From the human T2T-CHM13v2.0 reference genome, Homo sapiens, in the NCBI RefSeq assembly GCF_009914755.1, contig NC_060929.1: a stretch of 64,000 nt of DNA, one strand, 5' to 3'. Both the position numbers and the translations under genes were made by a program. Positions 13,193 to 26,646 of this stretch are shown here, piece after piece (the stretch's first letter is position 1; every line of letters begins with the position of its first letter). The notes beneath the pieces are model-generated. The model had not been told where the DNA came from. It saw only the letters and a list, made by a program, of their open reading frames with translations, and made no database searches.

Positions 13193-16100
13193 AGGTATTA
13201 AAGAAAAAATTTATTCTAGTCCCAGTGTAACCATGTGCTACATTGTAGATTTCTGTTCAGTTTTAGAGTAAGTATCTGTGATAGGGGCATATAGAGAAAG
13301 TAAAGAAGGCACAGTCCCTGCCTTTTAGCAGTTTCTTGTCTAGTAACAGGGATTTTTACAAAAAGCTATTGATAAAGTCAAATTAGAAAAACTGCCATAG
13401 GAGAAATCATTACTTCATGCTTTGACAGTGTGAAAGAGGCAGGGGTCTTAGCAGTCATCAGAAAGCTGGGATATTTGGCTGCTTGACTGAATTCCAGCAT
13501 CCTGAAGCCACTGCTTACTGTTGCACCAGTTCCAGAGGATGACATTCAGAAGGAACCCTTCAGGTCTAATCACTCATCTCTGCCCCTAAATCCCAGAACC
13601 TGGAGAGACTGTGTAGTACTTTAAGAACTCCTTTTGTCTGGGCTGCTGACAAGCCCACCAAGTCTTCCATCTTTTAAAATTGTCATTGAGGCTTTCCCCA
13701 TGGCTTTCTTCAGGTTGACATTCTGATACCACTCTAATGTGAGGAAGGTCAAACTCAAGAAAAGAGGAGAAAGGACCTTTTCCCTTGCCTAGAACAGGAG
13801 GACTAAGCCCTGCCAAGGCTCTTTGATTCACACATGATTTTCCCCAGAGGCTGACACTCCATCTTACATCAATGGCTGCCTGAAGGAAGAGGTAGAGAAT
13901 CTTGAGAAAGAGTACACCAGAGAGAGCTCTCTGTGGTAGCAAGTTCTAATAGGCTTTCTTGGACTTGGCTGTTTGTTCCTTGGGGCTTTGGGGACTGTGT
14001 TAATCATAGAGTGGAACCTTGAGCACCACCTAGAGGCCAGTCCAGTTGAAGGTCTTAGGCAAAGCATTATAAAGGATAGGTGGTGTAGTTCAGATAAACT
14101 TTACATGATAGTGGAGAGTGTGGGGAAGAATTTCAGAATCATCTGAGGCAGAGTGAAGAGCAAAAATAGGGAAGTATGGGGCTTGTTCAGAGGATAGCAG
14201 CTTGATTGGGGCATAAAGGAGTATTGAGGGTCAAGGCTAAAAAGTCAGGTTGAAACAAGTTTCTCAGATACCTTGAGCACCAAGCCCATTTGCAGTAGAA
14301 CCATGAAATTGATAGAGCCAGCGACATGTTGGGTCAATGCAAGACTAAGCCCACGTGGAGCACGAATTTGTTCTGTACTCGCAGAGTGTCAGTTTATATA
14401 GGCAATCATATACTAATCGTGAGGTTCTCAATTTTGAAGACTTGTGGTGGTCTCAGGAGGTATGCTTCAAGAAAATAAAGCATCTACCATAGTTGATTTT
14501 CCAGGTGATAGAACAGCATTGAAAGCTTTTAGGCAACAGAATCATATAATGAGACCCTCTTGAATATAACAAACATTTTTTCAAGCATAGTATAGTAAAC
14601 TAAAATTAACACTCATGGAGTTTTCCATGTGTCAGATAATATATTAAGCATTTTACATGGATAATTAAATGTATGTAGGTAAAGAAGGCTTAAACTGCTT
14701 TTAAAGTTAGTTTCATTATTAAAAAAACTAGTATTCATTATTAAAAAACAGGAATCTTTGATTGCATGTCTGAAAATGTGTAGCATGTCATGAATTTGAA
14801 TTCAGTCACACAGTCTGGACACAGATGGATATTCATACCACTGGCCTGGGCCTTAATGCCTACAATGTGTCTTTGTTTATGTCTAGAACATAAGAGACTT
14901 ATTAGATATTCTTTGCAGTTTTATTTAGTTACCATTGTCATCTTTCATCTATATATCAGATTGGAATTTATAGTTAGCCTTAGGTTTAACTTTTACCTAT
15001 CAAGGATTCCAAAGCTAGTACTGTTGGGTTGCTACAAGTCCTCCTTATGAAGGGTGCTGAAATCACCTAATATTTTCCCTCTAATACATTGACACCCAAG
15101 ATATACTGAGGGGACAGATTTCTTTCTCTTTTTAAAAAAAGTCATCAATTCTGTAGGTGTAGTCTAATGTTAGCTCTGAATTTCTAAATGGACTGAGATC
15201 ACACCTCTGTCTATTCTCTTTGTTCTTCAGTTAGAAAGAAATCTGAATCTTTATTAGGGGATTGCATACCTTCTTCATCTTGGTTCTAAGCATAAGAAAT
15301 AGCAGCCCAGTTGACAGAAAGCCTGAACGTCTCAGTTTTCCTGTGTTGTTTGGTGCTTTACTGAAAATTTTGTTGTTATTGTTTGGATTTTCTAAAATTT
15401 CTGAAATGTTTTTTGATATTCTAAATTTAAAACTATGTATGTGGGGTTGTGATTTGAAGTAGGCAGTCCTTAGTAATAATAATGTTGTAGGAAGTACTAA
15501 GGGAGATTCAAGTGTTGAGCCTGCTGGTGCTTCAGGAGTGTACGTTAAGAGTTGTCAGAAACTTTCTCAGAGGTAAATGAATGCACACCATTGGAGGGCA
15601 TAATAGAGTTTATTTGCTTTTCTATTTAACTGTGATACCCTGGTTTATTTGAAATCATTCCTGACACACCCAGAGAATTCAGAGCTCTAAATTAAGGGTT
15701 TGAGGAACTTACAGCAGAATTTAGAATTCTAATGACTTCACTAATTTTCCAGGGATCCCCAGAGGGAACCTGAAAAGCCATAATATCCTATGGGACTGAG
15801 TTCCCTTTGTCCACTGAAAGGGTAAGAACTCTGTCCAGATCCAGATGTAGAATCCTTTCTTTCTCTAGTTCAGAGGACATTTAGTTTAATTTTGTTAGAA
15901 GACATACTAGAAAACCGTCATGTGAAGTAAGAAAGCTTTATTTTTTTCCTCCCTATCGATTCTTTATTATGCTTATCACAGTTTTTAAAAAGTAATTATC
16001 TGCTAATTCCAACATCAGGTTAGATAAGTCTATTTGTATTGATGGATTTTTCTCTTGACTCTGGGTTACATTTTCCTGTTTTTACACACCTGGCCAGTTA

Positions 16101-16949
16101 TTTCTTTGTTGCAGCATTGTTAATTATCATGTTGTAGAGATTATGAGCTCTGAATTTTGTCAGAAGGTTGTTGAGTTTTTGCCTAGCAGGCAGTCAAATT
16201 ACTAAAGGATAAATTTGATCTTATTTCTAACTGTCATGTACAGTGATTCTTCTAGGGAGATAGGGATAGGGGAGAGGGAAAATGTAGTTTAAAAATCCTA
16301 GGCTAACTCCTGCTGAGGAAAATCACTGGTAAACTAGTGACTACTCTGCTAAATTGCCTCTCTTGACATTGTCAACCTGAAGCCATCAAAAGGATCAGAA
16401 TACAGAGTTTATGCAAGTAGAAAGCTGGGAATGGCCAATCAGAGAACACAAACTTTAGAAAATGGGGTCAGTGTTCCCAAAAGCTTTATTTTCTTTTATG
16501 GACTTCTACTTCTTTGATGGAGATGTCACCAATTAAAAGGTAGCTGAAGAAAGACACAGGTAGGGAATTTTTAAAATAACTTTGCCAGAAAGATACAGAT
16601 ACAGAATTTTTAAAATAACTTTACCAAAACAGAAAAATAATATACTTTCCATATTGTACTAAGATTTGGCATTTTACTAGAAAAGGGCATAAGAATAGTG
16701 ACTTTTCTAGTCAGGCTACCTGAAATATAGTACAAATAAACCAATCTTGAAGTGATCCCAAAACACCTCCTTCTAATCAGTCAAAGTAGATATTACAAAA
16801 GCTAAACATTAAAGCTCATGTACTACTATCATAGGGGCAGCTCTCAGGTTCCTTTTCAGAGTCCATTTAAGCTTAAGGGAGGGAAAAATGTATTAATAAG
16901 CTGTTATCTGTTTTCCTACTTCATAACAAAATGCCAGAAGGAACTGCTA

Positions 16950-17384
<435 letters not shown>

Positions 17385-18094
17385 TTATTTACCAGTTCAC
17401 TGGAAAATACATTTTTATGGATTACCACCTCCTCTGATGCTGCCAGGTGAATGAGGAGTTAGCTACAGTAATAAGGTGGTAACACAGTTGATTGGTTATA
17501 TCTAACACTATTTGTGTGGTACCAAAAGCACTTGTACATATGAAGCATAATATATTTTAAAATTATTTATTTTAACTGCATCTGAAATAGAAGGAAAAAA
17601 GGAGGTTTTTGAGCCCTAGCATTAATGAGCTAGGGCCTTCATAATTAAAAAAGTGACCTAGTGAGCTGTACCTATTAGGCATCAAATATTTTAATTTTTT
17701 TCCATGTGATAACAGACACTTTCATTTCTCCTTTTCTGTAATTTTTCTCCTGTTCCTTAATACTTCTTTTATTTTATTAAAGGAAATTCATCTCAAGGTA
17801 AAGGTTTACTTATTGGACTATGTTATAAGATAGCAAGATAATAGGGAAATGGTGTTTCCAGTAGAATTTTTGCTAAACAAAATTTACATGTCTCCAAGAA
17901 GAACTGGTTGTCTTCCTCTTGGAATTAAATGATCTGTAGGCTATTGGATTCCTTTTTTTTTTTTTTTTTTTTTACAAAGTGATCTGATCTATAATTTAGT
18001 AATACGGTCCAGAGTCCCTAAGATCTGTTTGTTCTTCAGTTTGTGTACTGCCAGCATTTCTGTAACACTGCCACTCAAGCCTCCAAGTCTCAGA

Positions 18095-18113
18095 CAGCAG
18101 TGCCCTCTAGCAG
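18095..18113 (-). promoter_or_regulatory. Candidate CTCF site in intron 7
   Basis: Minus strand reads CTGCTAGAGGGCACTG, close to the core CCRSYAGRKGGCRS with one mismatch. Confidence 0.45.
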
Positions 18114-18417
18114 TCTTTCATTTGGAGATTGTGTGGTGATTGAGATTACCCACTGGTGACCTCTCTAGGTCCTCTTGAGATATTTTATTTTAATTTAATT
18201 TTTACTTCTCTTACTGAACAAGCAAAGGGATTTTTAATGTTTGTTGGGTGTCAGGCTTTGACTTTGAGGGATCTATTAAAGCTGTTTACCTATGCTAAAG
18301 CATCATAAACTAAGGAAGTGGCCAGGTAATTGTCCGTACCATATTGTATATTCTTGCAAACTCTGTTTTGACCTACTAGTCACTGTTTCATCAGTTTTCA
18401 TCTATTAAAAGAAACTG

Positions 18418-18740
<323 letters not shown>

Positions 18741-19090
18741 TTATGTTTATAATGAGTCTGGCCTCATTGCAAAAACATTCATTTAATATTCATCTGCCAA
18801 TTTTCTTTTTTGCTTCTGCTTGGCTTTTAGAGTTCCTCATATTTTTGTGTCTCTGTCTCTGTGCTTTCCGAGGTCTTTCAATCTCTTATGTCTCTCAATC
18901 TAAAGAAAAGATGTCCTTGTATCAGTTTCAGTGGTTTACTTCAAATCACAACACAAATGAATTTATAGTTTGGAAAAATGTTGATAATATTAAAATATGT
19001 TCATTTCCTCCAGTGTGTTTGTAGTCTCTCTCCATTTTGGCAGCCTTTTAAATACTTACGCAGTAATCTAATCAGAAAAGATACAGAAGA

Positions 19091-19268
19091 CACCGGGCAT
19101 AGTGGTGCACGCCTGTTAGTGCCAGTCACTTGCGGGGCTGAGGCAGAAGGTTGGCTTGAGCCCTGGAGGTGTAGGTTGCAGTGAGCCGAGCTCGCGCCAC
19201 TGCACTCCAGCCTGAGTGACAGACTCTTGTCTCCAAAAAAAAAAAAAAGAAAAGAAAAGAAAGAAAAG
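19091..19268 (+). mobile_element. Alu right-arm fragment
   Basis: Right monomer with A/(GAAAA) tail; degenerate TSD agaaaagatacagaaga/agaaaagacatagaaga. Confidence 0.85.
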
Positions 19269-20833
19269 ACATAGAAGAGTTTCTTGTGGCTTTTATAGTA
19301 ATTTGGAGGATAGAAAAGTAAGTTATAGGCCGATATTTGAGCCCATCCAACTCTCACTTCTTGCTGAGTACCACAAAATAGTTTCTCAATAAATGTTTAT
19401 TAAGCAGTAAATGTATCTCTTTAGTGTTTCTTCTTTTATTCTTAATAGTTCTTCTTTTATTGTTAATATAGGGAATTACTTGTAGTTTTTCCCAAGTTAT
19501 TTTCATGAGAACCAAAACAATATACTAGTACAGAAATGCCTCAAAGTATTAGATGAAAACTGCATTTAGTAAAATGCGTAGGCATTATTTCGAGAGCATT
19601 TATTTCAGTCAGATATATTCCTTTCTTAAAATTTAGTTTGAAAGTACATGTATTATTTTAAGAGAAACATGCCCCAAATACAATGACTTTTTAGGAAAAC
19701 TTGTTTTTTAAAAGTATTTGTGGTACCTGTGAGTTTATCCTTGTTTTCTAATTTTGCCATGCTCGGTTGAGGTATAGCATGACATGGTTGGCATCCTTAC
19801 TGGAAAGCTTCCTTGTGCAATATCTAGTGGAATTGTTAGGGTAAACAGTATCTTCAGGTATATTAGGAAAATTACTTGTGCACTTGGATTATGCTCTCTG
19901 TCCCAAGTTTCAGTCATTGCTGACAGCGTTCAGTGTGGGATGCGCAGTAGCACTGCTTCCATTGTATTCTTTTGTTAAGAGGTTTGGAAAGAGAGACTCC
20001 TGACTTCAGGAGTTTTTAGAAAAAGCATTCCAGTTTTTTCTAGTTCTAGAGGCCTTGATAACTTTAAGAACTGAAATTTTAATGTTTATTGAATACCGTG
20101 ATGTCAGTATACAGTAATCTTAAAACTATGTTAAAATGCACTTGTGTCTCCAAACATCCTGCCTTCTTTTGTGACTACATCCTTCTCTTAGCCAAAATAA
20201 CAAGCTAACTAGAGTTTCAATATTCAATATCCTTCTCTGGCAGATGTTTTCTGGCAAAGGCCTTCCTGCATTTATGAATTCTCTCTCAAGAAGCAAGAGA
20301 ACACCTGCAGGAAGTGAATCAAGATGCAGAACACAGAGGAATAATCACCTGCTTTAAAAAAATAAAGTACTGTTGAAAAGATCATTTCTCTCTATTTGTT
20401 CCTAGGTGTAAAATTTTAATAGTTAATGCAGAATTCTGTAATCATTGAATCATTAGTGGTTAATGTTTGAAAAAGCTCTTGCAATCAAGTCTGTGATGTA
20501 TTAATAATGCCTTATATATTGTTTGTAGTCATTTTAAGTAGCATGAGCCATGTCCCTGTAGTCGGTAGGGGGCAGTCTTGCTTTATTCATCCTCCATCTC
20601 AAAATGAACTTGGAATTAAATATTGTAAGATATGTATAATGCTGGCCATTTTAAAGGGGTTTTCTCAAAAGTTAAACTTTTGTTATGACTGTGTTTTTGC
20701 ACATAATCCATATTTGCTGTTCAAGTTAATCTAGAAATTTATTCAATTCTGTATGAACACCTGGAAGCAAAATCATAGTGCAAAAATACATTTAAGGTGT
20801 GGTCAAAAATAAGTCTTTAATTGGTAAATAATA

Positions 20834-20841
20834 AGCATTAA
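20834..20841 (+). promoter_or_regulatory. miR-155-5p 8mer seed site in the 3'UTR
   Basis: AGCATTAA = complement of miR-155 seed UAAUGCU plus A1, in AU-rich context. Confidence 0.6.
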
Positions 20842-20999
20842 TTTTTTATAGCCTGTATTCACAATTCTGCGGTACCTTATTGTACCTAAGGGATTCTAAA
20901 GGTGTTGTCACTGTATAAAACAGAAAGCACTAGGATACAAATGAAGCTTAATTACTAAAATGTAATTCTTGACACTCTTTCTATAATTAGCGTTCTTCA

Positions 21000-21023
21000 C
21001 CCCCACCCCCACCCCCACCCCCC
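21000..21023 (+). repeat. (CCCCCA)3CCCCCC tract; G-quadruplex on - strand
   Basis: Four C5-6 runs separated by single A. Confidence 0.85.
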
Positions 21024-21266
21024 TTATTTTCCTTTTGTCTCCTGGTGATTAGGCCAAAGTCTGGGAGTAAGGAGAGGATTAGGTACTTAGGAGCAAAGAA
21101 AGAAGTAGCTTGGAACTTTTGAGATGATCCCTAACATACTGTACTACTTGCTTTTACAATGTGTTAGCAGAAACCAGTGGGTTATAATGTAGAATGATGT
21201 GCTTTCTGCCCAAGTGGTAATTCATCTTGGTTTGCTATGTTAAAACTGTAAATACAACAGAACATT

Positions 21267-21272
21267 AATAAA
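21267..21272 (+). terminator. Proximal polyadenylation signal AATAAA
   Basis: AATAAA with upstream TGTA (21247) and downstream U/GU-rich sequence. Confidence 0.7.
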
Positions 21273-22914
21273 TATCTCTTGTGTAGCACCTTTTACTGTA
21301 GATTAGTGCTTAATTTCTTGGCTTGCATTTGTTGATTGCTAAGGCAATTTTTTCTAATCTTAGGGAATCATTCAGTAGATGCGATTAAAAAACTAATGTT
21401 GGGTCAATTTTTTTCTTCATTTTCAGCACAAGAAGTCCTCTTATATCCTACTAAATACATTCCTAAAAATGTATTTGAACATTGGTTCTGTAAAAGATAA
21501 TGGACTAAAAAAGTAGAGAGGAGTTGTAGAGATCTTAAATCATTCTGGAATTCCTAATTATGCTTCAATTTTTAGACATAATTTTAGATAATTTATTTCC
21601 AGTGTTTTCTGCATGTTCTCATTTGTTCTTTTTCTCAGTTGAATGCACCAACTGGTTTGAGTCCTGTGAGCATTCAGTCAGTTGAAATTAAAGATTCCTC
21701 ATTTCTCCTGATTTCTATTCTTGTCTCAATCTTAAATTTAGAGACCAGTTGTTTTTATGATATCAGCCATTTGATTTTTTTCATTTTCTATTTAAGAAAT
21801 ATGAAGAAAAAATACACCAAGATGGTCAAATTACTACACAAATCAGCACCAGCACAGTCTGATAGCTGCAAATGTCCATTCATCTGCTGTGTATGTATAT
21901 CCAGAATCAGCATAGGAAGTCGTTCAGGATATCAGTATATAATGCACAGAAGTGTGGGTTGTTTGAAAGCCAAACAGGAAAATTAGGAGCCTCCTGGATT
22001 GACATTTCAATGATCCCTCTAACCAGTTTATGGATTATTATGAATAATAGTGTAGTGTGTTCTTTTTCAGAAGTTATATTTGATAATAGAGAAGGGAGTT
22101 TTATGGAAGTTTCTTTGAAGATTTTTTTTTTTCCATTTCGAATCAGATTATAGCAACAATGGAGTTTGGAAGTTTGTATGGCCTATAATGTTCTAAGTTC
22201 CAGAATGAAAAGATCTGTAACAATCTGAATAGATGTGGACACATATAGCAGAGAGAACTATGTAAATTATCTTGCAGAACAAAATAGAAGGGTCCTAAAT
22301 CACGTTAACTCAAACATTGTAGACTAGCTTTGTGTTTATTCTTCAGGTCCTTGCGCCTTATTTGGTTTTGTATATTCAACGAACTGAAATATTTGGAATT
22401 CCTATTTCTACGTATTTGGTGGTCCATAAGACTTTGTCAAATGTAAACCTACAGTTTGATACGCTTTAAAATACCTAGTTAAGAGGATGATTTCTCTTTA
22501 ATCGTTTAAATGTTCTGAAAATTAAAATCTTTTGAGGCACATGAAGTGGGCACCATATATCATCTAGAGTCCTTACTGGTATTCAGGATGAAAATGTTCA
22601 CGCTGCATTAATTGTCATTTTTCTCTCCCATGTTCTTTCTCACTTTGATACGTTAATACTGATAATGGATAAAGAGTGAGTTTTTATAATAAATGGTTTT
22701 GGAAAGGTATTCATAGGAACCGCGGTTATTTACTTAAGGTTATGGAGTAAACTAGCTTGGACCTTGGGCTGCAGGACGACTAGGATTCACCCATAACGAC
22801 ACAGTGCCCTATGTTTCTTAACTTCTTGTTGCCATTTGAAACTCTGTACTCTTATGTTTAAAGGGTTCTGTATAGCCATTTTTTTTTTCAGAAAGTTACA
22901 TTGCTTTGTATAGA

Positions 22915-22933
22915 AATAAAAGGCATTATTAAA
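22915..22933 (+). terminator. Distal polyadenylation signals AATAAA (22915-22920) and ATTAAA (22928-22933)
   Basis: Two hexamers, upstream TGTA elements, T-rich downstream; a further AATAAA at 22688-22693. Confidence 0.75.
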
Positions 22934-23075
22934 ATTTGCTTGTTAAAAAATGATAAGAATGAATATCTTTACTTATAGGGTCAATTTTGTTTAGAGTTTT
23001 AAAGAAACAACAGAAGTTTTAGTGAAGTAAATGATTTTTTTTTTCCCTTTGCTTTCTTATTACATACTGACTTGA

Positions 23076-23438
<363 letters not shown>

Positions 23439-23846
23439 TTCACTGTGTTCTTATACTAAAATATACTCTACTTAGCTATAAATGGTTTACATTCAAAGGA
23501 AGAAGTAAGATAACTACTGAAGTAGAGTATCAGGACCAATAGAAGTGATATTTCAATTTGAGTGATTGCCTGAGGGGGTAAGATTCTGGGGTGAGAATCT
23601 AGACCCTAACAAAACTAGACCCCTGGCCTCAGGCTTTACATCCAGTCCAATGCCCTCTTCCCATTGTCCCAACCTTCTGGAGGGTTGGCGTGTAAACATT
23701 GACATAAAATGAAAAAAATCATTTGACCGTGCTTCTTGTAAACATCAGTAATCTAATTTTAACTGAAAACATGCTAAGAATAGACATGGAATTGTACATT
23801 TATGTAAAGTAGGAGGATGTGTGTTTGTATAGATAGATGGATGCAT

Positions 23847-23849
<3 letters not shown>

Positions 23850-23878
<29 letters not shown>

Positions 23879-24141
23879 GAGACAGGGTCTCGCTCTGTTG
23901 CCCAGACTTAAGTACAAAGTCGTGATCTTGGCTCACTGCAACCTTCACCTTCCAGGCTCAAGCCATCCCACCTCAGCCTCCCCAAGTAGCTGGGACTACA
24001 GGCATGTGCCACCACACCCAGTTAATTTTTGTATTTTTAGTAGAGACAGGGTTTTGCCATGTTGCCCAGACTGGTCTTGAATTCCTGGGCTCAAGCAATC
24101 TGAAGTGCTGGAATTACAGGCGTGAGCCACCTCACCTGGCC
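23850..24141 (-). mobile_element. AluJ-like
   Basis: Long T tract then antisense Alu. Confidence 0.9.
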
Positions 24142-26646
24142 AGTAGGAGGGTATATTTTATGAAAAAGTAGTTGTGACCCCTATTACCTATGTGAATCTG
24201 GTTCTTGGTTAAACCTCAGTGGTGAATATAGGTTAATCATGTGCAAAATGTATAATAATTTTCAGGTTCTGTGGGTGGTTCAGCTGTTCAGAAGATTTTC
24301 ACCTCTCAGGCTTTTAGAATATGAGTTGAGGAATGATGAGGGTCATAACAGAAGGCAAAATATGCTTCCATAGATGGTTTATATATTTAAAAAAAATGTT
24401 TTTTTGCGTATTTTAAACCCTAAATAGTGTTTCTATCCTGTAAGATGGATAAGGTGGATTGGGTGAGAGCATTTGTTAAAGCAGTAGTACAGTACTCTTG
24501 CATCTCCTTTTCCCTTTTGCGTATACCTGTACACGTTTGTGTATGTGTATAATTGTGTTCTTTTAGACTACCTACAGAAAGTGCCCTTTGACAAGTAGCC
24601 TCTGCATGTTGGTTCTTTGTAGGCTCTACTGTTAACGTGGAAGACATCTCAAAGAAATACACTGGGAATTCCCAAAGGGGAGAGTAAGTTTAGGTTGAAA
24701 GTGAAAGAGGTGTTCAGGAGGAAATGATGGTTGTAGAAATTGATTTTTGTATCATCTCCATTCTAAAAAGAAGCTATTTTATAACCCAGTTGATTGTATC
24801 ACCTACAACTTTATGGCCTATAGAAAGAACTGCTCTTACGTAAAGTACATGAATTGAGAGCTGTCCTCCCGAAGCCAGTTTCCCTGACTATAAAATCTGA
24901 AATAGTCCATCTACTGCGTGGCATTTTAATCCCCTCAGTCCTCCATTATTCTCAGAATTTTCCGCTTATAGGATAAATACATTACTCAAAGGTTTTGTGT
25001 TAATTTTTATACCTGTTTTTACTTATAGCCTGTTTCTTTTTTTCTTTACCAAAAAGCATCGTCTTCTGATTTTGAGAGTTTTAATTCTTAAGTATCAGTT
25101 GATGAATTAATAAAATGTAAATGTAAATGCACATCTCTTAAACCTGAATACAGAACATATTAATATAGAGGATTCTCTTACATTTATGCAGGATTTTACC
25201 TAGGTCAGAAACTGAGATGCAATTGTGTGAAATAGATGTCGTCCAACCTGCTTTGTATGTTGTTCATTCTGCTCTAAAAACAGCTAATTTTAATCATTGA
25301 TGTAGGAAATAAATGTTTCACAGACTTTTCCCCATTCATTAGTGATTGCAGATTCATAGACATCAAAACTGAGAAAAGTGGTTTCCTCTAAGCCTTAACA
25401 AAGATTAGTGCTGGAGCTCTGGGAAGATGGCAGTATTCATTGTTATTCTTCAGTTGTCTGGAAGGTTCGCGAGTGATATACGCAGCCTGGGAAACAAGAA
25501 AACAGGTCAAAAATCTAAAAGAAATCTCTAAAATAGAGAAGATGATTTCCCTGACAAAGCATTATTAGAAAAAGTATAAAACTAAGGAAGTTCTGCCTTC
25601 TGGTTATGAAACCCAGCCTGATTCTAATGAAATTCAACCAAAATGCCAAAGCTAGAGTGATTTTCACCTTGCATAGTTGGGTTTGCATTCGTGTCCCCTG
25701 CTGAGAGCTGCTTTGCCTCCCACTTCCCCTCCCCCATTTAAGCCAGATACTTCCTGAGCCAAGTTGGAGAGGACTGGTGCAACCTATCATCATAACTGGG
25801 CTAGAGTTACTCTTGATGAAACATCCCTCTTTTCATTTGCAGAACTGTCAGAAATGCCTAAAATGCTGCTTAAGTGAGGTTTTAGAAAGAATTTTGCCAT
25901 CTGCTTCCTGATTCCACATCTTTATTTTGACAGAACATTTCATAGGCCGTATTTGGCAGTTCCTCTGTTTGGATGTCATTTTAATATGTTGCTTTTTTCT
26001 CTGATTATCAACACTGAGGATTTTCATGTATATGATTTATTTCCAGTTTATATTTTAACAGATTGCAGATAAATCAGTGATTGCAGAGAAATCAGATGGA
26101 TCAACATTTTCACTATTTATTACTTTTTATGTATTTATTACTATTTATTTATTACTAGTATGCTTTGGTACTATATAGTTGATGAAAATAGTGGGCACTG
26201 GTGACCTGAAGAAGCAAAATTAGCAGTCCATATTTTTATAGGTTTGATTCAGTGACTCTCAAGCCCTAGATCTGTATATGCATGGTCATGTGTAGGACAA
26301 AAATCATCTTTTTTTCTCTTTTTGGTTAATTATATATTTTGTCCCTGAGACTGTGAAGTGAGTTGAATCTGTATAACCTATTTTTGTCCGTAAGCTCTTC
26401 TCTGGTTTAGCAGTTCTCTAGATTTAGGTATTGGACTTATATATATATTTTTCCAATATCCACCTCATTGAATTATAGACTTAGTTCCTACAGTAGTTCC
26501 ACAGAGCTTCCAAATAAGGGTAAGGATAATGGGTAAGTAAGTACTTACCTCTCATCTTCACTTCCATAGAAGAAGGCTGAGTGCAGTACATTTGTATCTA
26601 CACTTTATAAATTATGAACTAGTTTTTCATCAAAAAATTTCATGGA

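Larger units (their letters stand above)
20244..22945 (+). other. NDFIP1: NDFIP1 terminal exon 8 (3'UTR)
   Basis: ccttctctggcag acceptor at 20243; AT-rich, Alu-free ~2.7 kb ending after AATAAA/ATTAAA; 3' end approximate. Confidence 0.85.

Noticed and set aside
20361-20366. AATAAA about 120 nt into exon 8
   Set aside because: Embedded in an A run; cannot be supported as a used site from sequence alone and is prone to internal priming
21160-21190. Iron-responsive-element-like hairpin (CAGTGG loop) in the 3'UTR
   Set aside because: Sixth loop base is G, the upper stem has an A-A mismatch, and the bulge position is A rather than C
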